Below are positions 50,503 to 59,718 of a DNA stretch of 64,000 nucleotides, piece after piece; position 1 is the first letter of the stretch; each line of letters begins with the position of its first letter. The notes below the pieces were generated by a model. It had not been told where the DNA came from, did no database searches, and saw only the letters and a list, made by a program, of their open reading frames with translations. The DNA lies in sequence record PQ850614.1; one strand, 5' to 3'. This DNA comes from Escherichia phage LorandFenyves_Bas91. The position numbers and the translations under genes were made by a program.

Positions 50503-51705
50503 TTAGTAGTTTACAACAGTGCCGTCATTCAAGGTAAGGCTATTAATCTGCAACACACGACCAAGCTGACGATCACTAATTGGTGCGTTCCAGCCAGATC
50601 GGTAGAAGTTACGACCGCAGAAGAAAACGATTACATTACTTGCTACAGTTGAACCGTTTTCAGGGTGCTTGATGTTAGCGATGTAATAACCACGACGCAG
50701 ATTACGACGGGTGATCGGGGTGATCTCTAACCCTTGTTCTTCAACTTGCATTGTTTCAGGAACAGGTTCCGATGATTCTTCAACAACCGGCTCAGAGCTT
50801 TCCGCTGATAGTGCGAAATTCTCATCATCTGCTGATTCAGCAAACTCTTCCACTTCTTCAATAGGCAGTTCGTAAGCAACGCGGTAGTCAGGATCAACAC
50901 CAGAGAAACTCTTAACAAACTCAACGATGTTGTGAGTGTAAGTTTCCAGAGTTGTTCCAGTCAGGCCCGGAGCTGTATTAACTTCCAGAACCCAAGCGTT
51001 AGTACCTTTGCTAATCAGGTCAACAGCACCGAAGTTCAAACCCAGAGCAGATACAGCTTTGTGAGCTTGAATCAGAACCTGATCAGGCGGCGCATCTTGG
51101 AAGTTTGAAGAATAAACCCAACCAGTATGATGGTTTCGAACGTCTTCACGATAGGAAGGATCTTCACGATAACCATTACGGCGAATCTTTTTCTGAACAT
51201 AGGTGATAACACCTTCAAACACATGAACACGCCATTCACGACGTGGGCCTAGAATGCCACGGGTATAGAGAGGGGCGGGAGCTACACCTTCACCCTGAAG
51301 ACGAACAGTGATACCTTCTCCAGAATGACCATTCAGAATAGCACGTTCATAAACAACACTATCCAGAGTCCACTCTGAAGCCTGAGCAGCACTGTCTGTG
51401 TATTCTACAGTATGTACCCCAGCAGCTTCCAAAGTTTGAAATGCTGTCATTTTGTTAGCGGCTCGGTTCAAGGCAACCACAGAGTTCAATACAGTTGCAC
51501 CGCCAAAGAAAGCATCATTATATCGACGGTTTCCATAGTTGACAACAATATCACCAACTCGAGAACGATAACGAGAGCCTTCTGATACCAGAGACATTAC
51601 GTTAGCATTTAAGCGAAGTTCCTGAATCTTAGTGTTAATTGCAGAAGTAAGTTCACGAACTGAATCAGAAGGGCCATAAGGAAGAACACGGATACGAGTA
51701 GTCAT
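50503..51705 (-). CDS. ATP-grasp superfamily ligase (RimK-like) with acidic C-terminal extension
   Basis: REWRVHVFEGVITYVQKK and GAVDLISKGTNAWVLEVNTAPGL match the ATP-grasp core including the terminal E.N..PG motif. Confidence 0.7.
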   Translation of the reverse strand: MTTRIRVLPYGPSDSVRELTSAINTKIQELRLNANVMSLVSEGSRYRSRVGDIVVNYGNRRYNDAFFGGATVLNSVVALNRAANKMTAFQTLEAAGVHTVEYTDSAAQASEWTLDSVVYERAILNGHSGEGITVRLQGEGVAPAPLYTRGILGPRREWRVHVFEGVITYVQKKIRRNGYREDPSYREDVRNHHTGWVYSSNFQDAPPDQVLIQAHKAVSALGLNFGAVDLISKGTNAWVLEVNTAPGLTGTTLETYTHNIVEFVKSFSGVDPDYRVAYELPIEEVEEFAESADDENFALSAESSEPVVEESSEPVPETMQVEEQGLEITPITRRNLRRGYYIANIKHPENGSTVASNVIVFFCGRNFYRSGWNAPISDRQLGRVLQINSLTLNDGTVVNY

Positions 51706-51707
51706 TG

Positions 51708-51932
51708 TTAGATACCTTTAAGTTTAAGAATTTCGTTACGAGTTTTTTGAATCTGAGCTTCAATTTCGAAGTAGTCATTGAACGCATCGTTCTCTACTTC
51801 ATCGGATGGTGCATCAATCAGACCGAAAGCGAACGGATACAGCTTTCGCTGCTCCGTTACTAGTTCGATATGAACTCCTATGTAATACTGTAGGAGAGTA
51901 ATCTTCGGTTTCTTAGGAACCAGATTTGACAT
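51708..51932 (-). CDS. hypothetical protein
   Basis: 74 aa ORF between the ATP-grasp and amidotransferase genes. Confidence 0.4.
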   Translation of the reverse strand: MSNLVPKKPKITLLQYYIGVHIELVTEQRKLYPFAFGLIDAPSDEVENDAFNDYFEIEAQIQKTRNEILKLKGI

Positions 51933-52146
51933 GAGGTTCTACCTTAATGCCTTTGATTTTTACATAATCAGCAAGTACGTTGTTGATCACCGTTGGGAAA
52001 GGAACCTCAACCTGTGTTTCAAGTACTTGACCAATACCAGCTTGCATCCACTTTTGGATTGCACGAAGGTTATCACATCCTGTGCTCGTCATCGGGATAC
52101 GTCGAGTAGTTACAACGTTATCCAGCATCATCTTACGAATTTCCAT
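51913..52146 (-). CDS. hypothetical protein
   Basis: 77 aa ORF coupled to neighbours. Confidence 0.4.
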   Translation of the reverse strand: MEIRKMMLDNVVTTRRIPMTSTGCDNLRAIQKWMQAGIGQVLETQVEVPFPTVINNVLADYVKIKGIKVEPHVKSGS

Positions 52147-52148
52147 AC

Positions 52149-54179
52149 TTAACCTCTATTCAATGAACATTTAGGGGAATTACAATAAACTTGATTCATA
52201 GAACCAAGCGTACAACTTTCAGCATCGCGCCACGGAATCTGCTTAAAACACTCTGAGCAGTATCCGAGGGTTGACCACATGGCTTTGGTGAAGTCAGTGC
52301 TTCGGTTTCCGTCGAAGCTGACAACAGTTTTGCGGAGAGCTGTTCGTGATTCAGGAAACACACCTGCTTTCTCAGCAGGTTCCTCCTTTTTTGGCTTAGT
52401 TGAGATTGCAAAAATACTGTTGCTACGTTTCTCAACATAAGCATCAACAACATCCTCCAGAGTGATGCCTGTCTGTTTCGCTGAGGAAGGTAATACAGTC
52501 ATACGACCAATCATTTCTTCAGTTACACGTAAAGCAAATTCAGGACGACGGGCGTTTGTTGTATCTGTTGCTTTAATCCATACATAACCATCTTTGATCG
52601 TAGCATTAGATACTTTCTTCTTTACTTCTACAGCGCAGACTTTACAGATATCTTCTCCACGAAGACGACTAAGCTCATCATCGAACTCATTCTCTGTTTT
52701 AACTTCACCACAGATTTCACAAACACCAATAGGAGTCTCCTCCTCTTCTTCCTCTTTAGGTTTAGTCAAACCTTCCAGACATTCAGGATGCCAGTAGCAC
52801 TGATATGCGAAGACTGCTTTAGGTGCATCCTTCCAGTCAATGTGCTTGTCACAACCACCACAATCACCATGAGAGTGTGCTTCCCAGAATTTACGAGTGA
52901 TAGTAACGCCATTCTTGTTGACGAAACTATCATTCATATCAAAAGGGATATCATCATCGAAGTCAGCAGTAGTTGACTCAGGCTCCTTTTTCTCCAGAGA
53001 CGGGTCAACAAAACGACCTGCTGTGATCACTAAACGAACCATAGCATTAACTTCGGAGATGCAGGATACTGTCCCACGGTAAACAATTTTAGGGTCTTTC
53101 AGTGCGTCCTGATAAGCCTTAATGTCTACGTTATGAACATCACCTTCGATGTATTCTTGAGATTTCTCATCGTAGATATAGCCAATCATCTTACCACGAG
53201 AAGGAACAGCACCAGCAGTCGCATAAGGAACAAACTCATGTGGTGTGATTTCCACAGTCATATCGCGGCGGATATCAATGTTTCGATCGCTTGCGATTTT
53301 GTTTTGACTTACCACTGCGTTTCTTCGACGAACGTCTGCCGCTGTCACACCCGGCTTCGTGTCGTAAGGATTGCTTGTATTGCTTTTTGAGGAACTTTGA
53401 TAGTTGCTTTGGCTGTAGTTGTTCGAGTAATAACTGCCCCAACGATTGGCTACCGTAAAAACCGGAAGCTCGTGGGCGACCTCTTCAACCAGAGTCATGC
53501 TGTTGTTTGACATATCAAAGATATATTCTGTACCAACTTTACATTCAAAATGCTCGTCAATACGGTTCTTATGGGACTTAGAACGCTTCAGAATCCACAT
53601 CAACATATCTTCTTCAGAAGCACCAAACCAATCTCTGTTACAACGTGCGAGATGGAAAGGACGCTCTTCGTTACGAATGATATGAAGGCGGTTATCAGAA
53701 GCATCATGCCAGATTAAGGTGAAAGCACCATCCAGCTTTTGAATAGTCTCTGCTGCACCAATAGTGTTAATAGAGTGGCAGATGTTCTCACTGTCTACCT
53801 CGAAGTTTTTGCTGTCAGGTAACAGATCTTGGTCCATCAAGGTTCCATTATGAACCAGAGTGATGTTACCATGTTGGAAAGGATGGGCGTTCTTGGCGTT
53901 AACTGCACCTTTCGTTGCATGACGACTGTGACCAACAATCCATGAAGGTGCTACAGTGTAAGCTGTTTCACCAGTGGTGTGCTTCTTGTACTCATCTTGT
54001 AGGATGAATGCGAAAGAAGGAAGAGCTTCTTTATAAGTGAAGACTTCCTTAGTACTTTTACGCTGACCAAAGATACCGGAGGAATGTTGTCCTCGGAATA
54101 CTCCAGCATAAAAGAGTTGGTTAAATACGTCTAAATCAGTGCTTGACAGATTACCGCCAGCTAATACGATGCCACAAAT
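52149..54179 (-). CDS. class-II (Ntn) glutamine amidotransferase domain protein with three C-terminal Cys4 zinc ribbons; apparent AUU start
   Basis: Track ORF 52149..53840 extends in frame upstream to ...CGIVLAGG...RGQHSSGI...GHSRHATKG...HPF...LVHNGTL, a PurF/GlmS-type Ntn domain. The only codon before the catalytic Cys is ATT, preceded by AAA and TAG; AGGTGG lies 8 nt upstream of ATT. C-terminal motifs CGGCDKH...CYWHPEC, CEICGE...CKVC, CSEC...CNSPKC. Confidence 0.6.
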   Translation of the reverse strand: MCGIVLAGGNLSSTDLDVFNQLFYAGVFRGQHSSGIFGQRKSTKEVFTYKEALPSFAFILQDEYKKHTTGETAYTVAPSWIVGHSRHATKGAVNAKNAHPFQHGNITLVHNGTLMDQDLLPDSKNFEVDSENICHSINTIGAAETIQKLDGAFTLIWHDASDNRLHIIRNEERPFHLARCNRDWFGASEEDMLMWILKRSKSHKNRIDEHFECKVGTEYIFDMSNNSMTLVEEVAHELPVFTVANRWGSYYSNNYSQSNYQSSSKSNTSNPYDTKPGVTAADVRRRNAVVSQNKIASDRNIDIRRDMTVEITPHEFVPYATAGAVPSRGKMIGYIYDEKSQEYIEGDVHNVDIKAYQDALKDPKIVYRGTVSCISEVNAMVRLVITAGRFVDPSLEKKEPESTTADFDDDIPFDMNDSFVNKNGVTITRKFWEAHSHGDCGGCDKHIDWKDAPKAVFAYQCYWHPECLEGLTKPKEEEEEETPIGVCEICGEVKTENEFDDELSRLRGEDICKVCAVEVKKKVSNATIKDGYVWIKATDTTNARRPEFALRVTEEMIGRMTVLPSSAKQTGITLEDVVDAYVEKRSNSIFAISTKPKKEEPAEKAGVFPESRTALRKTVVSFDGNRSTDFTKAMWSTLGYCSECFKQIPWRDAESCTLGSMNQVYCNSPKCSLNRG

Positions 54180-54182
54180 TTT

Positions 54183-54212
54183 CTAATCCACCTGAAGGGT
54201 AAACCCTTTCAT
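54183..54212 (-). other. 9-codon upstream mini-ORF in frame with the amidotransferase, ending in TAG
   Basis: ATG AAA GGG TTT ACC CTT CAG GTG GAT TAG, then AAA ATT TGT; own AAGG Shine-Dalgarno 8 nt upstream. Confidence 0.35.
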
Positions 54213-54258
54213 CTAATTAACCTTTAAATTGTGCCCCTTTATCAGAGGCACCCATTGA

Positions 54259-55362
54259 TTACAGCGCTTGCTCTAACTGATTTTCCAGATGGTCTGGAAT
54301 GTACCCTGTGATATTGCTATCACTGTGACCAGACTCACGTAGTAAGTCAAAAATAGCACGAATACGTTGTTCTGGAGCGTGTCTTACTTGAGATAGGTCT
54401 GCTGTACGAAGCATAACCAAAATCTCTTGATACAAGTTGTTAGCGTTCCCTCGAACATATCCAAGGAATCCATAGAAGTCTGACATAAGACGTAAGTCAA
54501 CAAGAACCTCTCCGTTGGAGTTGGTTCGACGTAAACGAATACGACCAGACTGTTCTACTTCATGAGAACGGCAATACAAAACATCACGGGCCATACAATA
54601 CCCTGAATGCAAATCAGATTCATCCAGATTGTAATCCAGAGGAAGGTAAGGAAGCATTGGGGCAAATCGTACAGTATTTAAGTGCTCAATAAACTGATCA
54701 TTGCTCATATCTGCGTTATCTAAAGCCAGCTTCTTCAACATCAAGAAGCGGTTAACCAGATTGAGAAGTTGACCACGTTTCCACTTAGGCTCACTGATAC
54801 GGAACTCAATTGAACCGTATTGGGCAAGTGGCAGAAGGTTCAGAGATGTATATTTATCCCATGAACGAACCAGACGGTTGAAGAATTCTTCACCATCGTA
54901 GTTAAATGCGTCAGAGGCATTCATTACCTGTGCTTGTACCACTGCAAACGCAGGGCAGAAATTGCTACGGTAACGATGGTAGCCTGAACACTTGAACAGC
55001 ATCTTTTCATAGAAGGTCCAAGCAAGGATGGTCTTCTTGAGGATATTACTATCAGCATCCCTCATATCCATATGAACGTGAGTAGAGCAACGCCAAGTCC
55101 CCTCGGCGTGCGATTCAGCTACTGCTTCACTCAGGTTGTTGATAGCGTCTAACAACTCCTGTCCGTTGTAAGGTCGTGAACATACCATTTCACAACCGTT
55201 ACGCAGGGAACCATCCTCTGTGCAATCCCACATATCTGCTTCGATATGTTCAGAACCTTCGAGTTCAAGCTCAATACCGACACCGCACTGAAGTGCAATT
55301 GAACTATGCGCCTCAGTTAAACGACCTTCTCGATATCCAAAAGTTTGCGCTACAGTTGTCAT
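54259..55362 (-). CDS. glutamine-synthetase-like amidoligase (Amidoligase_2 / GCS2-like)
   Basis: GVGIELELEGSEH, EDGSLRNGCEMV and STHVHMDM match the G.E.E...EDGS...E...HvH pattern of COOH-NH2 ligases. Confidence 0.55.
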   Translation of the reverse strand: MTTVAQTFGYREGRLTEAHSSIALQCGVGIELELEGSEHIEADMWDCTEDGSLRNGCEMVCSRPYNGQELLDAINNLSEAVAESHAEGTWRCSTHVHMDMRDADSNILKKTILAWTFYEKMLFKCSGYHRYRSNFCPAFAVVQAQVMNASDAFNYDGEEFFNRLVRSWDKYTSLNLLPLAQYGSIEFRISEPKWKRGQLLNLVNRFLMLKKLALDNADMSNDQFIEHLNTVRFAPMLPYLPLDYNLDESDLHSGYCMARDVLYCRSHEVEQSGRIRLRRTNSNGEVLVDLRLMSDFYGFLGYVRGNANNLYQEILVMLRTADLSQVRHAPEQRIRAIFDLLRESGHSDSNITGYIPDHLENQLEQAL

Positions 55363-55976
55363 AACGAATCCACCAACGTAATATTATAATTGCTAAGGTT
55401 TTCAGAAATGTGATGAAAGTGTTCCAGAAGTCGCATCGGTTGCTGACCGTAAGAGTCACGAGGTGCTTCCAGATCTACTTGTCCTACCAGTGCACCTTTA
55501 TAATGCACTTTACCATCTGTAGGATTGATGTAAATATAACGAGTAACCAATCCATCAAATTCAGGATTGAACAGACTGTAAACCATTTCACCAGAGATCG
55601 AACGACCAATCCCCGGAGCGTTTCGAATCTTGTTACCCATCAAACCCTTCGCTCTCTGACGAACAGGATTGATATGAGTCCAGCTTACAGTGTTACCGTT
55701 ATGGAACAGATAACCAACATCAGGTGATTCAAGAATCAAGGTTGGGTCGAACACTGGAATATTCATCGTAGTGTTTCGGAGATTCCCATGCTCGTTCTTG
55801 TACCACTGCTCTACAACAAAATACAGAGCCTGTTCTGCTTCATGCGAGAAGTCATCGCTGCGGAAGTTACCGCTCTGCTCAACACCAATCACAAAACACG
55901 GAAGGTTGATATTGCCTGCTCGTTTAGCAATCCATGTACCATTATAGTAATGAGAAAAATCAGCTACTAAGCTCAC
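55359..55976 (-). CDS. hypothetical protein in the amidoligase cluster (possible peptidase or amidotransferase-like partner)
   Basis: 205 aa; translationally coupled between the two amidoligase-like genes; no confident motif. Confidence 0.45.
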   Translation of the reverse strand: MSLVADFSHYYNGTWIAKRAGNINLPCFVIGVEQSGNFRSDDFSHEAEQALYFVVEQWYKNEHGNLRNTTMNIPVFDPTLILESPDVGYLFHNGNTVSWTHINPVRQRAKGLMGNKIRNAPGIGRSISGEMVYSLFNPEFDGLVTRYIYINPTDGKVHYKGALVGQVDLEAPRDSYGQQPMRLLEHFHHISENLSNYNITLVDSL

Positions 55977-55985
55977 GATAACCTC

Positions 55986-56792
55986 TTATGCTACCTGAAG
56001 GAGTTTGATCTGCTGGTCAGCTTCTTTAACGTTGTTCCCGTTAATGATTTCATGAAGCTTCTCAATCGGAAGGCGAGAGTGCAATGCCATCAGAGTGGAC
56101 ATATCACACTGCTGAACAACCTTGTCAACCTGATCGTAAACAAACTTACGGTTTTCACGATCACTAATCCAGAAGTTAGACAGAGAACGGTATTCAATAC
56201 CATAGTCTTTATAACGGATTGCAGATGCTTTACCGTAGAGTTCTTTACGGCGAGTATCTTTGTCCATAATTACTGCTGGGAGAGACAGGAAGTAGTCACA
56301 CAGCACACCCAGCATCATCTGAGTTTGCAGAGTGATATCCAAAGCACCAACTACGCCAAGATGTACGTGACCACCGGCAGTACGAAGTCCCTTATTCTGA
56401 GAAGTCGGGGATGGGTTTTTCTGACCAGTGAAGGCGTTGAAATCAGGAGTGCACCCGAAGATGAACGCTGATTCATTAAAGGTCTTCATCTCTTCTTCAG
56501 TGAAGATGTGAGAGCTAACACCCGGAGCTGTTTCCATGTCCAGTTTGTTCAGGACATTATTGGTGAGATCAATACCACGTTGCATGTTATCGTTAAACGC
56601 TTCAAAACCGCTCTGTGGGTCAATATCAAACTCAGCCAGTACGTTGTCCTCTTGGAGACGAACATCCTTAGCCAGAGCGATCTTATCGTCCTTAGAGCAG
56701 CCTAATAAACCGGCTACAGAAGTGATGATACCATTGCTAGTACGAACAAACATTTCAGGGTCAGAGCCGATAAGGAATTTGCGCTTAGTCAT
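55986..56792 (-). CDS. second glutamine-synthetase-like amidoligase paralogue
   Basis: LIGSDPEMF, LAEFDIDP and RTAGGHVHLGV show the same E-rich early motifs and HVH motif. Confidence 0.45.
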   Translation of the reverse strand: MTKRKFLIGSDPEMFVRTSNGIITSVAGLLGCSKDDKIALAKDVRLQEDNVLAEFDIDPQSGFEAFNDNMQRGIDLTNNVLNKLDMETAPGVSSHIFTEEEMKTFNESAFIFGCTPDFNAFTGQKNPSPTSQNKGLRTAGGHVHLGVVGALDITLQTQMMLGVLCDYFLSLPAVIMDKDTRRKELYGKASAIRYKDYGIEYRSLSNFWISDRENRKFVYDQVDKVVQQCDMSTLMALHSRLPIEKLHEIINGNNVKEADQQIKLLQVA

Positions 56793-57756
56793 TATAATAC
56801 TCCACTAGTTCAGAAAAGAGAGATGAGATTGTGTTACCAACTTCTTCAAGAGTAAGACCGGAATCTGCTCCAGTTCTTTGAATCAGTCGGGCTGTAAAGT
56901 TTTGTACTGTAATGTTTCCCAACTTGTCGTCTATTGCTTCACGTTTGTGACCATAACAGTTGGACCAGAGTCTTAACCACTCTGACATTGTTTCATACTC
57001 GTCCGGGTCTTGATCTTTAGCACGAGCAAATCTTCGTAAGGCATCTTGGTTATGGTTACGAACATAACCATTCTCGTTGTCGCCAACACCGAAGGGGTTT
57101 TGAACCCATACTTGCTTCGTGTATTCATCAGAGTCTACAACCAAAGGAAGGAATGCTGCTGCTGACATATTGTTGTTAATAACAATAGAGGTGCTCTCGC
57201 TACTCCCATTGGCTCTTCCTCGTTGAGACCATCCACCGAAGAAGTCACGACCCAACCCAGCTAACACTAGAGCGATGCCGATGCGTTTACGCTTCAGCCA
57301 CTCTTCCCTGTCTTCAATTCCTTCTGCTAGGAAATCCATTCCACGATATTGCCCTTCCAGAATACTACGAAAGAGCATAAGTCCTGTGAAGATCTGATCT
57401 GCTGGATGCTCACGAAGGTTGACAGCAACACTATTCGCTGAAGTGATCGTAAATACGTCACGATAGCAAGACATGGAGTTCATAATGTCTGCTGTTTCAA
57501 CCAAGTTCTTTTCAATATCAGATGCAACATGACCGTGAAAAGAGTGAGTCCAGTAATTCAACATCTCCAGTTGCAAGTTGATATCACGGTTGAAGCGACG
57601 ATAACGCCCTTCTTCCGAGATAACTTCACCATTAATGTCATTTACACACTGGCCTTGCATGTAGTTGTGGATACCGAAGCACCCACGACCTAAGAACTTC
57701 TGTTCCCCTAAATCCTGTTGAAGATTAAGAGGTACGATCGTTGTGGAGATTGACAT
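56785..57756 (-). CDS. hypothetical protein in the amidoligase cluster
   Basis: 323 aa, overlaps the upstream gene by 8 nt. Confidence 0.45.
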   Translation of the reverse strand: MSISTTIVPLNLQQDLGEQKFLGRGCFGIHNYMQGQCVNDINGEVISEEGRYRRFNRDINLQLEMLNYWTHSFHGHVASDIEKNLVETADIMNSMSCYRDVFTITSANSVAVNLREHPADQIFTGLMLFRSILEGQYRGMDFLAEGIEDREEWLKRKRIGIALVLAGLGRDFFGGWSQRGRANGSSESTSIVINNNMSAAAFLPLVVDSDEYTKQVWVQNPFGVGDNENGYVRNHNQDALRRFARAKDQDPDEYETMSEWLRLWSNCYGHKREAIDDKLGNITVQNFTARLIQRTGADSGLTLEEVGNTISSLFSELVEYYND

Positions 57757-57766
57757 AACTAACCTT

Positions 57767-58963
57767 TTATTTTCCTAAAAATAATCCGCTCATAATACCA
57801 TCCCACTCAGAGGACGGAATCACTGAATACTCCGAACTTTGGTCCAGAGTTCCGCTACTGAATCGCTGAACAATATTATAAATATTGAACATATCTTTAG
57901 TCTCAGCGCGATAAGCGTAGACTAATCTGTCAGCTGTTCTTTCATCTTTAGATACCCGACGAGCAAAGGTAACCAGAAGGTTGTCACCTTTGAGTATTTC
58001 TGACTCATCTTTTACTAGATCAGGGTGCATAACCGGCAAGAACATTGAGTTGTTCACTCGTAACTCTGCTGTTTCATCATTCTCATAATGAATCCATTTA
58101 AAATCTTCATCACGAAAGTGACCGCATCCATCTCTGTATGACTGTTGACGCCAAGGCACTTGAAATGCTTCAGCGTATTTATCAGCCATGCCAACCGTAA
58201 ATAGTGACGCTGGGAAAATACAAGCATCCCAATCGTTACCAACCAGAGTTGCTTTCTTTTCGCTCAAGAGGTTAGTGTAAGTGCTAACCATTCGTGAGTA
58301 AACATAAGCCTGAAGGATTGTCCAGCCTTCAACCAACCATTTATGGAGGAAGGTTTCAACTTGACTCTCTTCATCTTCACAATAGAAGGTTCGGTCTAAC
58401 ATCAAATAGAACAGACAACGATCAGCAGGGATATTCTCAGTTGCTACCCCCATAAAACCTTTATCGTGCCAGCGTAAACAGGAGGGACGATCTTTGTCCA
58501 CAAATGCTTCCATAGCTTCCAGTACAGCACGAGGTGTGGTTCGGTGTTCAGGGTTTTTGTCGTTCCAACGTTCGATGTTATTTTTAGGAGGTGTGTCTTC
58601 ATCTTCATATGAACACCAACTCAAAGCTTCAGCTACGTGCTTTTCATCACGCCAACGTCTAAAGCCTAACATCTTCATATGAGTTCCAGAGTTCCAGATA
58701 TGCTTAATACTGCTCATATCCATCTCTCGACTTAATAAGAACTCTTCCCCATCAGCACTACGAACGTTAGCATCTTCATGCCACACTCGAACGTGCATGT
58801 TCCATCCATGAGTTGCCTCATACATGTTAGGGTCGAAGTAGTCATCATCTTCGTCGTCTTCATCAACGCCACCATTATAGTTGCGAAGCTGAAGGAACCC
58901 ATAACAAGGAGGGTTGACCGTTAAAACATTACCTTCAGTATCTTCTAATGTTACTGGAAACAT
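57767..58963 (-). CDS. hypothetical protein in the amidoligase cluster
   Basis: 398 aa, acidic N-terminal stretch, several Cys and His residues. Confidence 0.45.
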   Translation of the reverse strand: MFPVTLEDTEGNVLTVNPPCYGFLQLRNYNGGVDEDDEDDDYFDPNMYEATHGWNMHVRVWHEDANVRSADGEEFLLSREMDMSSIKHIWNSGTHMKMLGFRRWRDEKHVAEALSWCSYEDEDTPPKNNIERWNDKNPEHRTTPRAVLEAMEAFVDKDRPSCLRWHDKGFMGVATENIPADRCLFYLMLDRTFYCEDEESQVETFLHKWLVEGWTILQAYVYSRMVSTYTNLLSEKKATLVGNDWDACIFPASLFTVGMADKYAEAFQVPWRQQSYRDGCGHFRDEDFKWIHYENDETAELRVNNSMFLPVMHPDLVKDESEILKGDNLLVTFARRVSKDERTADRLVYAYRAETKDMFNIYNIVQRFSSGTLDQSSEYSVIPSSEWDGIMSGLFLGK

Positions 58964-58974
58964 TATACCAACCT

Positions 58975-59337
58975 CTATTGGTTTTTAATCAACTCAATCG
59001 ACTTACGGATATAAAGAATATCTCGGAAGTTTCGATAGTTGTTCATAAATTGGTGCTTCTGGAAAGTAGCTTCTTCCAGCGCTTTCTTTGCTTCTGCGTA
59101 GCTTTTACGGGCAAGATGTACAACCCGTTCTGGTAACATGTTTGCATGACGGATGACATACTTGTGAGCTTTCATGTTGCTTTGCTCACGAGCAATCTTA
59201 CCTTTAGCAACTTTGATACCATTTGCAATCCAAGCAAGTTCTTGCTCAAGCTCATCGTTGGACATTCCACCGAGGTTTGATGCAACCTTGTTCAGAGTTT
59301 CAATATTAACGTTGCCCTTGATGGGACGTGTATTCAT
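58975..59337 (-). CDS. hypothetical protein
   Basis: 120 aa helical ORF. Confidence 0.45.
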   Translation of the reverse strand: MNTRPIKGNVNIETLNKVASNLGGMSNDELEQELAWIANGIKVAKGKIAREQSNMKAHKYVIRHANMLPERVVHLARKSYAEAKKALEEATFQKHQFMNNYRNFRDILYIRKSIELIKNQ

Positions 59338-59339
59338 AC

Positions 59340-59492
59340 TTACTCCTGTTGTTTACACTCGTCAATAACCCACTGATAAGTGGATTGCCCAGAAAAGAAA
59401 CACTGAATAAATCCAGATGTTCTCTGCGTTACCAGTGCTAGTGCACAAATCACTATCGCTGCTGCTAGCAGTTTTAAATCTAATTTAGACAT
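59340..59492 (-). CDS. small membrane protein (50 aa)
   Basis: Not in the ORF track; MSKLDLKLLAAAIVICALALVTQ...; GAGAGGG RBS-like sequence; stop abuts the next start. Confidence 0.4.
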   Translation of the reverse strand: MSKLDLKLLAAAIVICALALVTQRTSGFIQCFFSGQSTYQWVIDECKQQE

Positions 59493-59511
59493 ATTCCCTC
59501 TCGTTGAATTT

Positions 59512-59536
59512 AAAAAAGGACTCTCCGAAAAGAGTC
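59512..59536 (-). terminator. hairpin plus U-tract immediately upstream of a gene start
   Basis: Minus strand GACTCT-TTTCGG-AGAGTC followed by CTTTTTT. Confidence 0.55.
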
Positions 59537-59718
59537 AAGCTTTAAATACAAAAAGATATTACCCAATATCTGTGGATAACCTGCTCTTAAAATATCTATC
59601 CGACGGATGTTCGAGGGATGTTCCTCTCCCTAGCATCGGCCCCATACGGGAAATATATTAAGATTAGGTTAGTTGAGTCAGAATAACTCATATAGCCCTC
59701 CGAAGAAGGCTATAGATG

